Shown here piece by piece: positions 49,007-58,264 of a stretch of 64,000 nt of DNA. Position 1 is the first letter of the stretch. Each line of letters starts with the position of its first letter. The notes beneath the pieces were generated by a model that was given only the letters and a program-made list of their open reading frames with translations, searched no databases and was not told the DNA's origin. Source of the stretch: a virus (Duplodnaviria > Caudoviricetes). Position numbers and translations under genes: made by a program. The stretch covers positions 72,916 to 136,915 of the IMG/VR virus record IMGVR_UViG_3300021400_000128; one strand, given 5' to 3'.

Positions 49007-49588
49007 TTACAAAATTCTTTCTTTGTCAATTACGTAATCTTTTCCGTTAGCACTATACCTTTTGTCAATAGGGTACATTCTGACTTTTGGTATCTTATTA
49101 TTAATTTTACTTAATTGATCGATCGGAGCAACGTTACCTTGTGAGAGAATGGATGCAAGTCCGATGATAAAAGCAGTATTGTCGTATTTTGTATCAACTT
49201 CAACAGAATTGACATACATCTGCGCCGTTCTTAGTGCATCCCGTGCTTCAGGTGTCTCACAATCGTTAATAGCCTTATAGAAGGATTGAATATATTGAAT
49301 CGTATCAGAATAATATTGATCTGCCTTCTTATTGACGGTTTCAAGGATTTCATTCATTTCCGCTTTATAAGCAGCTGCTTTTCCACTGTATTCAATGTAC
49401 ATTTGTTCCATTTTTGTCTTTCGGTCTTTCAAATCTTCAATTTCCTTTAAAATTTTGTCCATGTCGCTGTATTTTCCATCTGAGTTACTGAAGATTTCAA
49501 GGACACCGATAACGACTTTACTGTCAGCTTGCTGTTTTGTGTAGCCTCTTTGAATTAATTCTTCTTTTAAACATTCAAGTCCGGTCAT
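49007..49588 (-). CDS. Hypothetical protein
   Basis: ORF with AGGAGA RBS. Confidence 0.65.
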   Translation of the reverse strand: MTGLECLKEELIQRGYTKQQADSKVVIGVLEIFSNSDGKYSDMDKILKEIEDLKDRKTKMEQMYIEYSGKAAAYKAEMNEILETVNKKADQYYSDTIQYIQSFYKAINDCETPEARDALRTAQMYVNSVEVDTKYDNTAFIIGLASILSQGNVAPIDQLSKINNKIPKVRMYPIDKRYSANGKDYVIDKERIL

Positions 49589-49970
49589 TCTCTCTCCTTC
49601 AAGCCATGTGTCATTTGTATATATAGTCGTCTCTGATTCTCGATCAGCGTTTCGATGTTCTTTTCAACCCAATCCTGACAAGAAGCATCATCCTGTTTTA
49701 TCGGGCATTCATCACATTTATTGTTCAAACACGCAAGTGCAGCTTGTTTCAGCAAATCAAATGCGGCCATTGTCTGCTGGTTCGTCTCATCGATTAGCTG
49801 TTGCCATGCTTTCTGGTCGGTTTCCACTTTGCAATGGAATTCGCAGATGTCGCCCGGTTTGATTGCAATTTTTTTGTCATCTGGGCTTGGCTCACAAATT
49901 GGTTCTGTTACTCGTTTAATACCATCCCATTTGACAGGCTTCCCGTCTTTCGTCATAAGATACAGATCCA

Positions 49971-50411
49971 TCATACCCGCTCCTGTTTGTAGGCTTTCCA
50001 TATCGTGCCATACTCAGCCATTTCATACCTCATTTCGCTTTTTGTATAAACAATTTTCTCGTCACCGTAATCTACAGCATCAGAAACAACGTCCCAAAAA
50101 CCGTACCATCTTGAGCCATCCCTTAACTCTTCCAACCATACGGGCTTTCCGACCATTTGTCTGAGTTCCTCCCAAGATAACGGTTTGTTTTCCGTTTCTG
50201 AAAGGCTATCTGATTTGTTTATCGTTTTCTGCGATTTTTGGTAATTTAGATATTCTCTCAGATAAGAATACGCATCATCTTTGACAGGGCTGTATCTTTG
50301 AATGTATCCGGTACAGCATTTCCAATGTTTTGTATCGAAGTACGGACACAGTGAAGGATCGACTTTTCCGCAGATTTCAAGAGCTTTGACGACTTTTTCG
50401 AGCGGTTTCAT
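49971..50411 (-). CDS. Hypothetical protein, PLSWEEL..M.GKPVW family
   Basis: Shared motif; ends YGTIWKAYKQER. Confidence 0.65.
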   Translation of the reverse strand: MKPLEKVVKALEICGKVDPSLCPYFDTKHWKCCTGYIQRYSPVKDDAYSYLREYLNYQKSQKTINKSDSLSETENKPLSWEELRQMVGKPVWLEELRDGSRWYGFWDVVSDAVDYGDEKIVYTKSEMRYEMAEYGTIWKAYKQERV

Positions 50412-50617
50412 TTAACCTCCCATTATTGTTTCTATAATATCGACAAAAACAGCCGTTTCATACAATCCGCCGATTGGAATTCCACGATTGATGTTGTCGT
50501 ATTTTTCGAGAAATTCATCGACATATTCTGCTCCAAGGTTTTCTTTCACCCATTTTGCACCTTCAGTGCGCAAATCATACAAGCCTAACCATTTTTTGAT
50601 TTTGCGTATTATCAGTC

Positions 50618-50989
50618 TCACACATCACCTTCTTTTCGGTGATTCGACAGCTCTGTTGAAAAACCTTCCGGGTACCGGGCTTTCAGCTTATCGACATTCA
50701 TCCGCATGATTTCATCCAGATTCCAACCAAAGGAATGACAGATCATTGCGATATACCAGCAAACGTCTCCAGCCTCTTTCTTTGCGTGTTCTTCATCCAG
50801 CGGCTTATCATGGAATATCCATTTCTTTATCATGTCCAGAAATTCACCGGATTCCCCGGCCAGTCCAAGACAACCGTTCAAGATTCCGCCAATGTCAACT
50901 CGACCGTCATTTACGAATGCTTCCAATCGCTCTGTAGCCTTGCCGTCATTTGTTCTCATTGCATACTGCTGATATTCATTTCCTGTCAT
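50618..50989 (-). CDS. MazG-like nucleotide pyrophosphohydrolase
   Basis: GLAGESGE..D.IKK...KEAGDV.WY...N.DKLKARYPEGF. Confidence 0.85.
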   Translation of the reverse strand: MTGNEYQQYAMRTNDGKATERLEAFVNDGRVDIGGILNGCLGLAGESGEFLDMIKKWIFHDKPLDEEHAKKEAGDVCWYIAMICHSFGWNLDEIMRMNVDKLKARYPEGFSTELSNHRKEGDV

Positions 50990-51156
50990 TTAACACCTTC
51001 CCATTTCTTCTAAGTCCCAGCCAAGCCGTTGTCCGCAATTTCCACAGTATTTCTGGCATCGTTTTACTGTTTGATGACAAACAGGACATTCGTAATACGA
51101 ATCTCTTTGGTCCTCATGGTAATTTACTGGTATTTTTGTATCGCGATTTACGTTCA

Positions 51157-51411
51157 TTATTCTCTCCATTCTGCTAATAACATTGGTATCGGCATCCACA
51201 TATCTACGATTTCCTGACTGACAAATCCCCTGAACATTTCATCGGTTGTAGGCGAATCGGTATAAAACAGTTGCTGACTTTTTTCATACCATGCCACTTT
51301 AACATTGCCGAATTGCGGATACATCCAACCGAAATGTATAATCACCGACTGATGATCTTCCGGGACTCTTTTCTTGATGTCGATCCATCCGACTTTTTCA
51401 CTCTGCATCAC
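51157..51411 (-). CDS. DUF551-like protein (paralog of 51887-52138)
   Basis: GWIDIK...NVKVAWYEKSQ..FYTDSPT. Confidence 0.7.
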   Translation of the reverse strand: MMQSEKVGWIDIKKRVPEDHQSVIIHFGWMYPQFGNVKVAWYEKSQQLFYTDSPTTDEMFRGFVSQEIVDMWMPIPMLLAEWRE

Positions 51412-51886
51412 TTCTCCTTAGTCAATAGTTCTTTGAGATACTTTTTTCCTTCTTCCGTCTGAGCATAATTGCGAATGCCGAGGATCCACTGAACATAATC
51501 TTTACGGTTTGCGCAGCACTTTACTACCAGATTTGCGATTGTTTTGGTGGCAATCTCATATTCTTTATTTGGAAAAGAAGAATACACTCCTTCAATACCG
51601 CTCTCGATCATCAGCAGATTTAATTCCAAATTCTCCTGTAAAGAATCATCATCTTTCTGCGCTGTCCATGAGAAATGTTTCCCGGAAACAGGCTCTTTTC
51701 TTATAACAACTGATCCGGTGTAGCCGTACCTTTCGCACAGTGCTTCAAATTCGTCAGCGAAGTTATATTTGTTTTCCATTTCTGAAATTCCTTTCATTGC
51801 TTGTTTTTTTATCTCTCTATACATGTAAATACAAAACAGGCTATATTTTTGCACAGGCAAATGTCATATTTCAGCTATGACATTAA

Positions 51887-52138
51887 TCACTCTCGCCACT
51901 CCACTAAGAACATCGGTATCGGCATCCAACGCCTGACAAGCTCTTGTGGAACAAATCCTCTGTCTATTTCATCCATTGTCGGCGAATCTGTATAAAACAA
52001 ATGCTGGCTCTTTTCGTACCATGCTACTTTGACATTCTCGAAATTCGGATATACCCACCCGATATGGATAATTATCGCCTGATGATTTTCCGGCTGTTTA
52101 TCTTTGATATCGATCCATCCGACTTGTTCACTACGCAT
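51887..52138 (-). CDS. DUF551-like protein
   Basis: Near-duplicate of 51157-51411; start MRSEQ just outside the IS right end. Confidence 0.7.
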   Translation of the reverse strand: MRSEQVGWIDIKDKQPENHQAIIIHIGWVYPNFENVKVAWYEKSQHLFYTDSPTMDEIDRGFVPQELVRRWMPIPMFLVEWRE

Positions 52139-52146
52139 TTTCACGC

Positions 52147-52240
52147 TTGACACTCCCCATGCCTAAAGGCAGGGGATTCTCTCTCGACAATGGCAATCCA
52201 TTGAGCATAAAAGAGCTATCCCCGTGTGTCCCACGGTTTT
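52147..52240 (-). ncRNA. Right-end omegaRNA of the adjacent TnpB
   Basis: ACCGTGGGACACACGGGGATAGCTC...GAGAGAATCCCC...GTGTCAA. Confidence 0.85.
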
Positions 52241-52248
52241 TATCAATG

Positions 52249-53379
52249 CTATTGTGCATATAATAACAACCCTTGTTTTCTGATATTGATAGCAGCATTC
52301 AAGTCTCTGTTGTGAACTGTTCCGCACTCAGGACATATCCAACTCCTATCACCTAATTTCAATTCAGCATTTACATATCCGCACTGATTACACGTTTTTG
52401 AAGAAGGAAACCACTTGTCTATCGCGATGAGCTTCTTTCCACGCTCAATCAGTTTATAGGACAGAAATGTTCTAAATTGTCCGAAACCGTTATCAGTCGT
52501 TGCTTTGGCAAGGTGTAAACCCTGTGACATTGCCTTATAGTCAATATCTTCCACGGCAATAATATCATATTGATCCGCAAGTTTGGTGCTCAACTTGTGC
52601 TGCCAATCTTGCCGACAATTGCGTACTTTTTCAAACGCACGAGCAACCTTGATTCTCTGCTTTTCCCAATTTGAGCTTCCTTTTTGTTTTCTGGATAATC
52701 TCCGTTGTTCACGTGCCAATTTTCGTTCCGCTTCACGGTAGAAATGGGGCATATCTGCTTTATTTCCTTCGCTATCCACATAAAAATGTGGGGAACTGTA
52801 ATCAAGCCCGATTGAATTTTCAGTATTCAGTTCACGTTCAGGAATATCAAGCTCATACTCAAACCCGATGGATACAAAATACTTTCCACTCGGTTCCTGG
52901 GACACTGTAGCATTCAGGATTCTTGCTCCTTCCGGTAATTTTCGGCACAGCTTTGTTTTCACTATTCCTAATTTTGGAAGGCGCACATTCCCGTTCTCAA
53001 TCCGCGTAACATTGTCGCATCCGACCGTTTGATAGGATTTTTGATTATCCTTCTTGCGCTTGAATTTCGGGAATCCAGGAGTACCACCCTTTTTTACGTT
53101 CCTGAAGAAATTCTGATACGCAGTATTCAGGTTACGGAGCGCACATTGCAAGGCGTTTTTATCCGGTTCTTTCAGCCATTCGTATTCATTCTTCAAGTCA
53201 GTAAGCATCTTGTTCTGCTGAAAAAATGATCTGCTTTCACCGTTTTCTTTATAAGCGGTGATTCTATCAAAAAGGAAGTGATTATAAACAAAGCGAACAC
53301 ATCCGAAAGTCTTCTGAATCAGCTCTTCTTGCTGCTTATTTGGATAAATTCTGTATTTGTATGCTTTATTTGAAATCAT
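52249..53379 (-). CDS. tnpB: RNA-guided endonuclease TnpB (CRISPR-adjacent), RuvC D-E-D intact
   Basis: KAYKYRIYP; IGLDYS / VEDI / RDLNAA; CNQC...CPEC. Confidence 0.95.
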   Translation of the reverse strand: MISNKAYKYRIYPNKQQEELIQKTFGCVRFVYNHFLFDRITAYKENGESRSFFQQNKMLTDLKNEYEWLKEPDKNALQCALRNLNTAYQNFFRNVKKGGTPGFPKFKRKKDNQKSYQTVGCDNVTRIENGNVRLPKLGIVKTKLCRKLPEGARILNATVSQEPSGKYFVSIGFEYELDIPERELNTENSIGLDYSSPHFYVDSEGNKADMPHFYREAERKLAREQRRLSRKQKGSSNWEKQRIKVARAFEKVRNCRQDWQHKLSTKLADQYDIIAVEDIDYKAMSQGLHLAKATTDNGFGQFRTFLSYKLIERGKKLIAIDKWFPSSKTCNQCGYVNAELKLGDRSWICPECGTVHNRDLNAAINIRKQGLLLYAQ

Positions 53380-53396
53380 TTTTCTTCCTTTTTACG

Positions 53397-53546
53397 AATT
53401 TTGCAGTCGTCTATACCCTCTTTTGGTAGGGGCTATCATCGGTTGGTATATACGTACCTAATTTAACAGGTGTCTATACCTTGGCTGCTATGTAGTAACC
53501 GGGGTTCTTTGGTATATACGTACCTAATTTAACAGGTGTCTATACC
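53397..53546 (-). CRISPR. Mini CRISPR array: two identical 36-nt repeats + degenerate terminal repeat, spacers 30 and 27 nt
   Basis: GGTATAGACACCTGTTAAATTAGGTACGTATATACC at 53511-53546 and 53445-53480; 17/21 match at 53397-53417. Confidence 0.85.
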
Positions 53547-53547
53547 T

Positions 53548-53675
53548 GGTATATTATCTTGTAAAATAAGGTACGAACTTCTTGCTTCACCGACCGCTCA
53601 GTGCAATCTCCACAAGCGTTATGTTCCCGCATACCCTGCGGTACAGTTTTAACAGTGTTTCACTGTGTTGCACTT
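53548..53675 (-). ncRNA. omegaRNA-derived tracrRNA-like scaffold with anti-repeat
   Basis: Shares TTCTTGCTTCACC and TCCACAAGCGTT with the omegaRNA at 24417-24477; anti-repeat 53548-53575 (21/28); TATAAT at 53679-53684. Confidence 0.8.
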
Positions 53676-53709
53676 ATTATTATACTCAATATCCTTGTTT
53701 TGTACAGGT

Positions 53710-53736
53710 ATTAGTGTAAAATAGTGTTACACTAAT
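53710..53736. promoter_or_regulatory. Palindromic operator in a divergent promoter region
   Basis: ATTAGTGTAA-7nt-TTACACTAAT overlaps the TG-TAAAAT -10 of the RHH gene. Confidence 0.65.
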
Positions 53737-53752
53737 TTGAAAGGCGGTTGCT

Positions 53753-53905
53753 ATGGTTTCCGATAACAATACCCGTGTCATGGTCACTATCCCGAAAGAG
53801 TTGAAAGAACAGTTGTCTGTCATTGCAGAAAATGAAGGACGCTCCCTTTCTAACCTCATTGTCCAGATTCTAAAAAATTATGTAAATGAATCCTTGACCC
53901 CATAG
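53753..53905 (+). CDS. Ribbon-helix-helix (CopG/Arc-like) regulator, 50 aa (below ORF-track cutoff)
   Basis: MVSDNNTRVMVTIPKELKEQLSVIAENEGRSLSNLIVQILKNYVNESLTP; GAAAGG RBS. Confidence 0.85.
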   Translation: MVSDNNTRVMVTIPKELKEQLSVIAENEGRSLSNLIVQILKNYVNESLTP

Positions 53906-54116
53906 CTAAAGCAAGGGGATTGCAGACGCTTTCCCATTCAATGTTTTCCTCACGGCATTTGTTACATCCATCTTTTTCATTACAATAATTATTTCTCGTG
54001 ATAAAATAGCATAACGTCGCACCATTACATAACTGTTCTCTCTCAATTTCAGTACAAGTAATTTTCATCTCTAACTCCACATGTAACACCGTCGAATGTA
54101 GCATTCAGTCAGCTTT

Positions 54117-54665
54117 TCACTTCTTATCATGCCAATTTCCTTTCAGATCATAATGTCCTAAATCTTCCCATCGTAACCATTTATGACAACGTGGGCATGT
54201 TGGCTTCAAAAATTCCACTTCGACATGGCATTCTGAACATGAATACTGTATTCCTTCTTTTCCTTTACTCATGGCTATAGCAACTGATTGTCTATTTTTG
54301 TTTTCATCCTTTTCTAACTTTTCTAAAATTAGTTCCTGTTGTGATGATCTTTCACCCCATCCATATTTATCTTCATCAATGTTTTGCAAAACTGTACTAA
54401 TAATTTCCTCGGCATCAATATAATTAAAAAAATCTTCATCCACGTATTGTAAGAAATATTCAATTAACTGTTTATTTAGTTCATCCCATACATCCATATT
54501 AGGATCTCCGCCAAAACCATCTTCTGATGCTAAATAGTACCATTTGTATGGGTCGGTTTCTTCACAATACCCTGGCATTTCTCTATAGCGTATCCAATTT
54601 AAAACAGTACTTTCAACTAATTCTGCTACCGCTTTTCTTTCAGTTAATAATTCTGTAAATTTCAC
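54117..54665 (-). CDS. Hypothetical protein with C-terminal zinc ribbon
   Basis: CSECH...CPRCH; flanked by an imperfect ~60-bp direct repeat. Confidence 0.65.
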   Translation of the reverse strand: MKFTELLTERKAVAELVESTVLNWIRYREMPGYCEETDPYKWYYLASEDGFGGDPNMDVWDELNKQLIEYFLQYVDEDFFNYIDAEEIISTVLQNIDEDKYGWGERSSQQELILEKLEKDENKNRQSVAIAMSKGKEGIQYSCSECHVEVEFLKPTCPRCHKWLRWEDLGHYDLKGNWHDKK

Positions 54666-54744
54666 TTTTTAACTCCTTTCACCTTTTAGAATTCTGGCTT
54701 CATCTTCTGTTTCTTTTCATTTTCTGTACACGTAATTTTCATCT

Positions 54745-55161
54745 TCAACTCCAAATCATGTAACATTTTCGGTTGTAGCATTCAGTCAGCAACGCTTTAA
54801 AATCTGCCCCGGTCATCTGTTGCCCCTTTTCCCAACCGCCGTAACCATATTGAACAGTGTCATCCATGTTTTGGATCGTCTCCAGTAACACCTTGCATTT
54901 GTAAGGCGAATATTTTCCGGAACAGTCTGATAGGTAAAGGAATTCCACTGCCCACTTCTTAGGCTTCAGCTTTCCTAACATTTCCATTTCTAACAAATAC
55001 TGCGTGTTGTCATCGACAACGCTTGTGTAACCCTGGGCATACAATTCGCCGAATTCCGGTGATATCTGTTTTGCAATATCCATCCGCAACCGTCCGAAGG
55101 TGAGATATCCCATGAACCACTGAGGAGCTTCTGGATATTTTGCAGACAACATGACTCCCAT
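54745..55161 (-). CDS. Phage hypothetical protein
   Basis: MGY..F.RLR..IA...FLYLSDC.GK. Confidence 0.65.
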   Translation of the reverse strand: MGVMLSAKYPEAPQWFMGYLTFGRLRMDIAKQISPEFGELYAQGYTSVVDDNTQYLLEMEMLGKLKPKKWAVEFLYLSDCSGKYSPYKCKVLLETIQNMDDTVQYGYGGWEKGQQMTGADFKALLTECYNRKCYMIWS

Positions 55162-55360
55162 TAAATCCGTCCTTTTTTATAGTCTTTTGTCAGCTTTTTT
55201 CGCTCGTCTTGCATAGCATGTTTCCAAGCATCATTGAGCCCATTCATAACATTTTCATTCGCCGGACAGCTAATATAGGTCTTCCAACCCATAGGAATCT
55301 TGTATGTAATGGCATACGGCGCTTTCGTGAACCCCATCAGCCATCTAACTAATTTAATAA

Positions 55361-55774
55361 TCATCCCCTCTCCTTCCTGTAGGCTTGCCATATTATGCCA
55401 ATGTCTTCTTCACATAATTCCATTTCGTCTAAATAAGTCGCAAGAATAATATCGTCTTTCCTGACTTCGCCGATTACCCACCATTCTGAATCGACTCCAT
55501 GTGAAGGGTCATCCCACATATCATGATTCAGCAATTCGATCCAGATTGGCTTGCCTTCCATCTGTTTCAATTCATCCCAAGTAAGTGGAGAATTCGCTTC
55601 TTGACATTCATCAATTCGGTCTTGCATATAATACAATGCGTCATAGTGCATAATATCTATACAAGTATTTCCTATTTCCGTTGGATAAGAAACATTTTTA
55701 TATGGACACCCTCTACAATCAGGTTGTCGTCCGCACATACTCATAGCCTTTGTAATTTCATTAAATGTCTTCAT
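55361..55774 (-). CDS. Hypothetical protein, PLTWDEL..MEGKP.W family
   Basis: Shared motif. Confidence 0.65.
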   Translation of the reverse strand: MKTFNEITKAMSMCGRQPDCRGCPYKNVSYPTEIGNTCIDIMHYDALYYMQDRIDECQEANSPLTWDELKQMEGKPIWIELLNHDMWDDPSHGVDSEWWVIGEVRKDDIILATYLDEMELCEEDIGIIWQAYRKERG

Positions 55775-56302
55775 TCCAGAAATTCTCCCACCTGGGCCCT
55801 TTTTATTGCGCTGATAAGTTCATCTGCATCCACGGTATAATACTGATCTTTGATTTGCAGCTCAACTTTTTCACCATCGCACCATGAGTTATGCACTCTG
55901 ATGCATTGTTGTTTCGGCTGAGAATAGTCTTTGATTTCAACTGTTACTTTCATTTGTCTGCTCCTTTAGTATTCCCATGTAGTCTGCGACTTGTACCAAG
56001 GTGTCGCAAGCATCATCAAATGCTTTCAAGACAGTAATCGCAGCAGCCAGATCATCCTGGTTGACATAGCAAGTTCCTTTTCTCTTCGGTGTGTTTTTCA
56101 AATTACCGATCAATTCTTTTACCGTCTTCATTTACTCAATCTCCTAAATTTGTATCGTTTCAATCTCCGCTGAAACTCAGCCAGATAAAAAAGTACATCA
56201 GTCAGATCTTCGACCATGATTACTACGTCACCATACCGCAGACCAGGTTCTGCATGGCCCAAATCCTCAATCAGCACGTCCAGTGGTTTGTGATAATCAG
56301 GA

Positions 56303-56890
56303 TCATCTGGCTTTATTTCTCTCAGTGTGAATGTCTTCATCATTCTGTTCCTTCCGATAAGCTTGCCACGTCTTACCAAGGTCTGCCTTATAATAATCAT
56401 TATCTTGGACCGTCACCATAGCCTCACCAAAATCATCATAAGCAAAACCGCCGACAACATCCCAGCCTTTCCAATGGCCATTTCCCAACAACTCTATCCA
56501 GACCGGTTTCCCTTCCATGGCTTTGAGTTCGTCCCAGCTTAGCGGCGGATTCACCTGCTGTTCCGTCCACCATTGTTTCAAAGCAACATAATCCGTCAGA
56601 ATTTCATTGACTTCCTTTTCTTTGTGTTTTAGCTCAATGACAGCCGCCTGATGTTTGTCCCTTGATTTGATATAGCTGTCAACAAAACCCTGATAGCTTT
56701 TCCGGTCAGCCTCCCAATGCACCTTGTCAGATCGGTACTCCTTCAGGTAGTGGAGCGCATCAGGAATACTTTCCGCACCGTCGTATGGACAGCCATTTTC
56801 TTGACTCAGACACCCAGAACAATTCTCGCACCGCAGTTCTAAGTCACATGCCTTTTCAAAGTTGTCAATTACATCATCAAGCGTCAGCAT
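56303..56890 (-). CDS. Hypothetical protein, PLSWDEL..MEGKPVW family
   Basis: Shared motif. Confidence 0.65.
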   Translation of the reverse strand: MLTLDDVIDNFEKACDLELRCENCSGCLSQENGCPYDGAESIPDALHYLKEYRSDKVHWEADRKSYQGFVDSYIKSRDKHQAAVIELKHKEKEVNEILTDYVALKQWWTEQQVNPPLSWDELKAMEGKPVWIELLGNGHWKGWDVVGGFAYDDFGEAMVTVQDNDYYKADLGKTWQAYRKEQNDEDIHTERNKAR

Positions 56891-57162
56891 CTGTCATCCC
56901 CAACATCTTCTTAACCATATACAAAAGCATTTCGTCTTTTGTCTGCTTTTCCTTTTGTTCTTTCAACCAATCAGGACTAACAGTAATGTCCGAAATCTGT
57001 GCTGAAATTTCTTTCGCTGTTTCATGGACTTGAAAACATATGTTGTCTGTATAAACCTGACCGTCCTCATATGCAATAATTTTGTTAGCATCAATGTAAA
57101 GGGGTACATTGTCCGGGTCTTCGCTATTGTATGCTTTCCGATGCACTTCAATAATCTGGTAA

Positions 57163-57444
57163 TCATTCATTATCACCTCTCCATGGTTCTATCAACGGCA
57201 TCCATGCAAGAACCTCCTTATCCGTTTCATTCCATGTGTCTCCGTTGTCCATCATAAATAAACCCTTGTAATAATGTCCACTTCGGACTTGTTTCTCACC
57301 GTCTGGCCTGACAATTGTTGCTAATAACCTGTCCATGTCTTTCGGTAACGCTTCGCTGACGGGAATCCACTTGACTTCTTCCAAGACAACATCATTTTTC
57401 CTGCCGTACAAATGGAAGTACTTGTCAATTTTCATCGGCATCAT
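57163..57444 (-). CDS. DUF551-like protein
   Basis: WIPVSEALP...VLAWMPL. Confidence 0.65.
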   Translation of the reverse strand: MMPMKIDKYFHLYGRKNDVVLEEVKWIPVSEALPKDMDRLLATIVRPDGEKQVRSGHYYKGLFMMDNGDTWNETDKEVLAWMPLIEPWRGDNE

Positions 57445-57603
57445 CCTTATTTGGACTAAAAATTATGAACAAATCTTGGTCAAGCATTGCAATAGCGCGG
57501 TTGATATATTTGATTTCATCTCTGAGGAATTTCAGTTCAAGCGAAACTAATATGCCAAGAAACGCAATGGCTATCACCAACACAGCAACAATTTCTACTA
57601 TTA

Positions 57604-57987
57604 TCATTCCTCACCTCGCCACGGTTCAGGCAACGTCATCCACGCACATCCATCAAGTTCTGTGCCGCCATCTAAATAACAACCGTCACCATCATTTACG
57701 AATGTGTCACTCCAAACAAATTTACCGTTTGACACAAGAATTTCTTCGCCGTCATCAGGTAATTTACAGTCCATTATGTAATCCCATTCCGGATGTTCTT
57801 CTTTTTCCTCTGCCGTTACAACTCTCATCGTGAAAGGAATCCATTTCGGTAAAAGTTCATTGTGCTTGATCTCTATAGCTGTAATCATGCCGAGTAATTC
57901 CATCTTGCATTTTTTACTGATGTTCATCTCAGATACTTTACGGTTAAAAAAAGAAACCATTTCACCAAAATCACGCTTCTCCATCAC
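57604..57987 (-). CDS. DUF551-like protein
   Basis: KWIPF...CKLPDDGEEIL...AWMTLPEPW. Confidence 0.65.
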   Translation of the reverse strand: MMEKRDFGEMVSFFNRKVSEMNISKKCKMELLGMITAIEIKHNELLPKWIPFTMRVVTAEEKEEHPEWDYIMDCKLPDDGEEILVSNGKFVWSDTFVNDGDGCYLDGGTELDGCAWMTLPEPWRGEE

Positions 57988-58264
57988 TCACCTCTCCAGT
58001 ACCACCATTTTGAAAAGTCGAAATCCGTATAATCAGGGGCAATTCTCAATTCCCTGCACATCGTGTTGAATGCCCTTACACACGGTCTGCCGAAGCTGTT
58101 ATCCTCACAAAAATCGCAAAGGTCTCCATATCCACAGCAACCTTCTGGAGTAGTACCATCCATCGACATTTTATCTGACCACCGCTGAAAAGCATTCTCC
58201 CATTTGCGTTTCTGCTTTTTGTCTACGTCAACAACGACAGGTGGAAGTTCAAATAACGTTTCCA

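Larger units (their letters stand above)
52147..53936 (-). mobile_element. IS605-type element carrying RHH gene, tracr-like RNA, mini CRISPR array and tnpB
   Basis: Right end at 52147; left-end hairpin at 53894-53928 essentially identical to 401-435; TTGAA at 53937-53941 at the same offset as for the 300-443 element. Confidence 0.85.

Noticed and set aside
52249-53379. Calling the protein Cas12f or a dead TnpB (TldR)
   Set aside because: It has 376 aa, canonical TnpB motifs, intact D-E-D and its own right-end omegaRNA; the subtype needs phylogeny
53418-53510. Self-targeting by the spacers
   Set aside because: No protospacer noticed by eye in this window; not exhaustively searched
53856-54104. 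82-aa ORF as listed
   Set aside because: Its C-terminus runs into the IS left end and antisense to the RHH gene; the real gene probably starts at MKITCTE and is cut by the insertion
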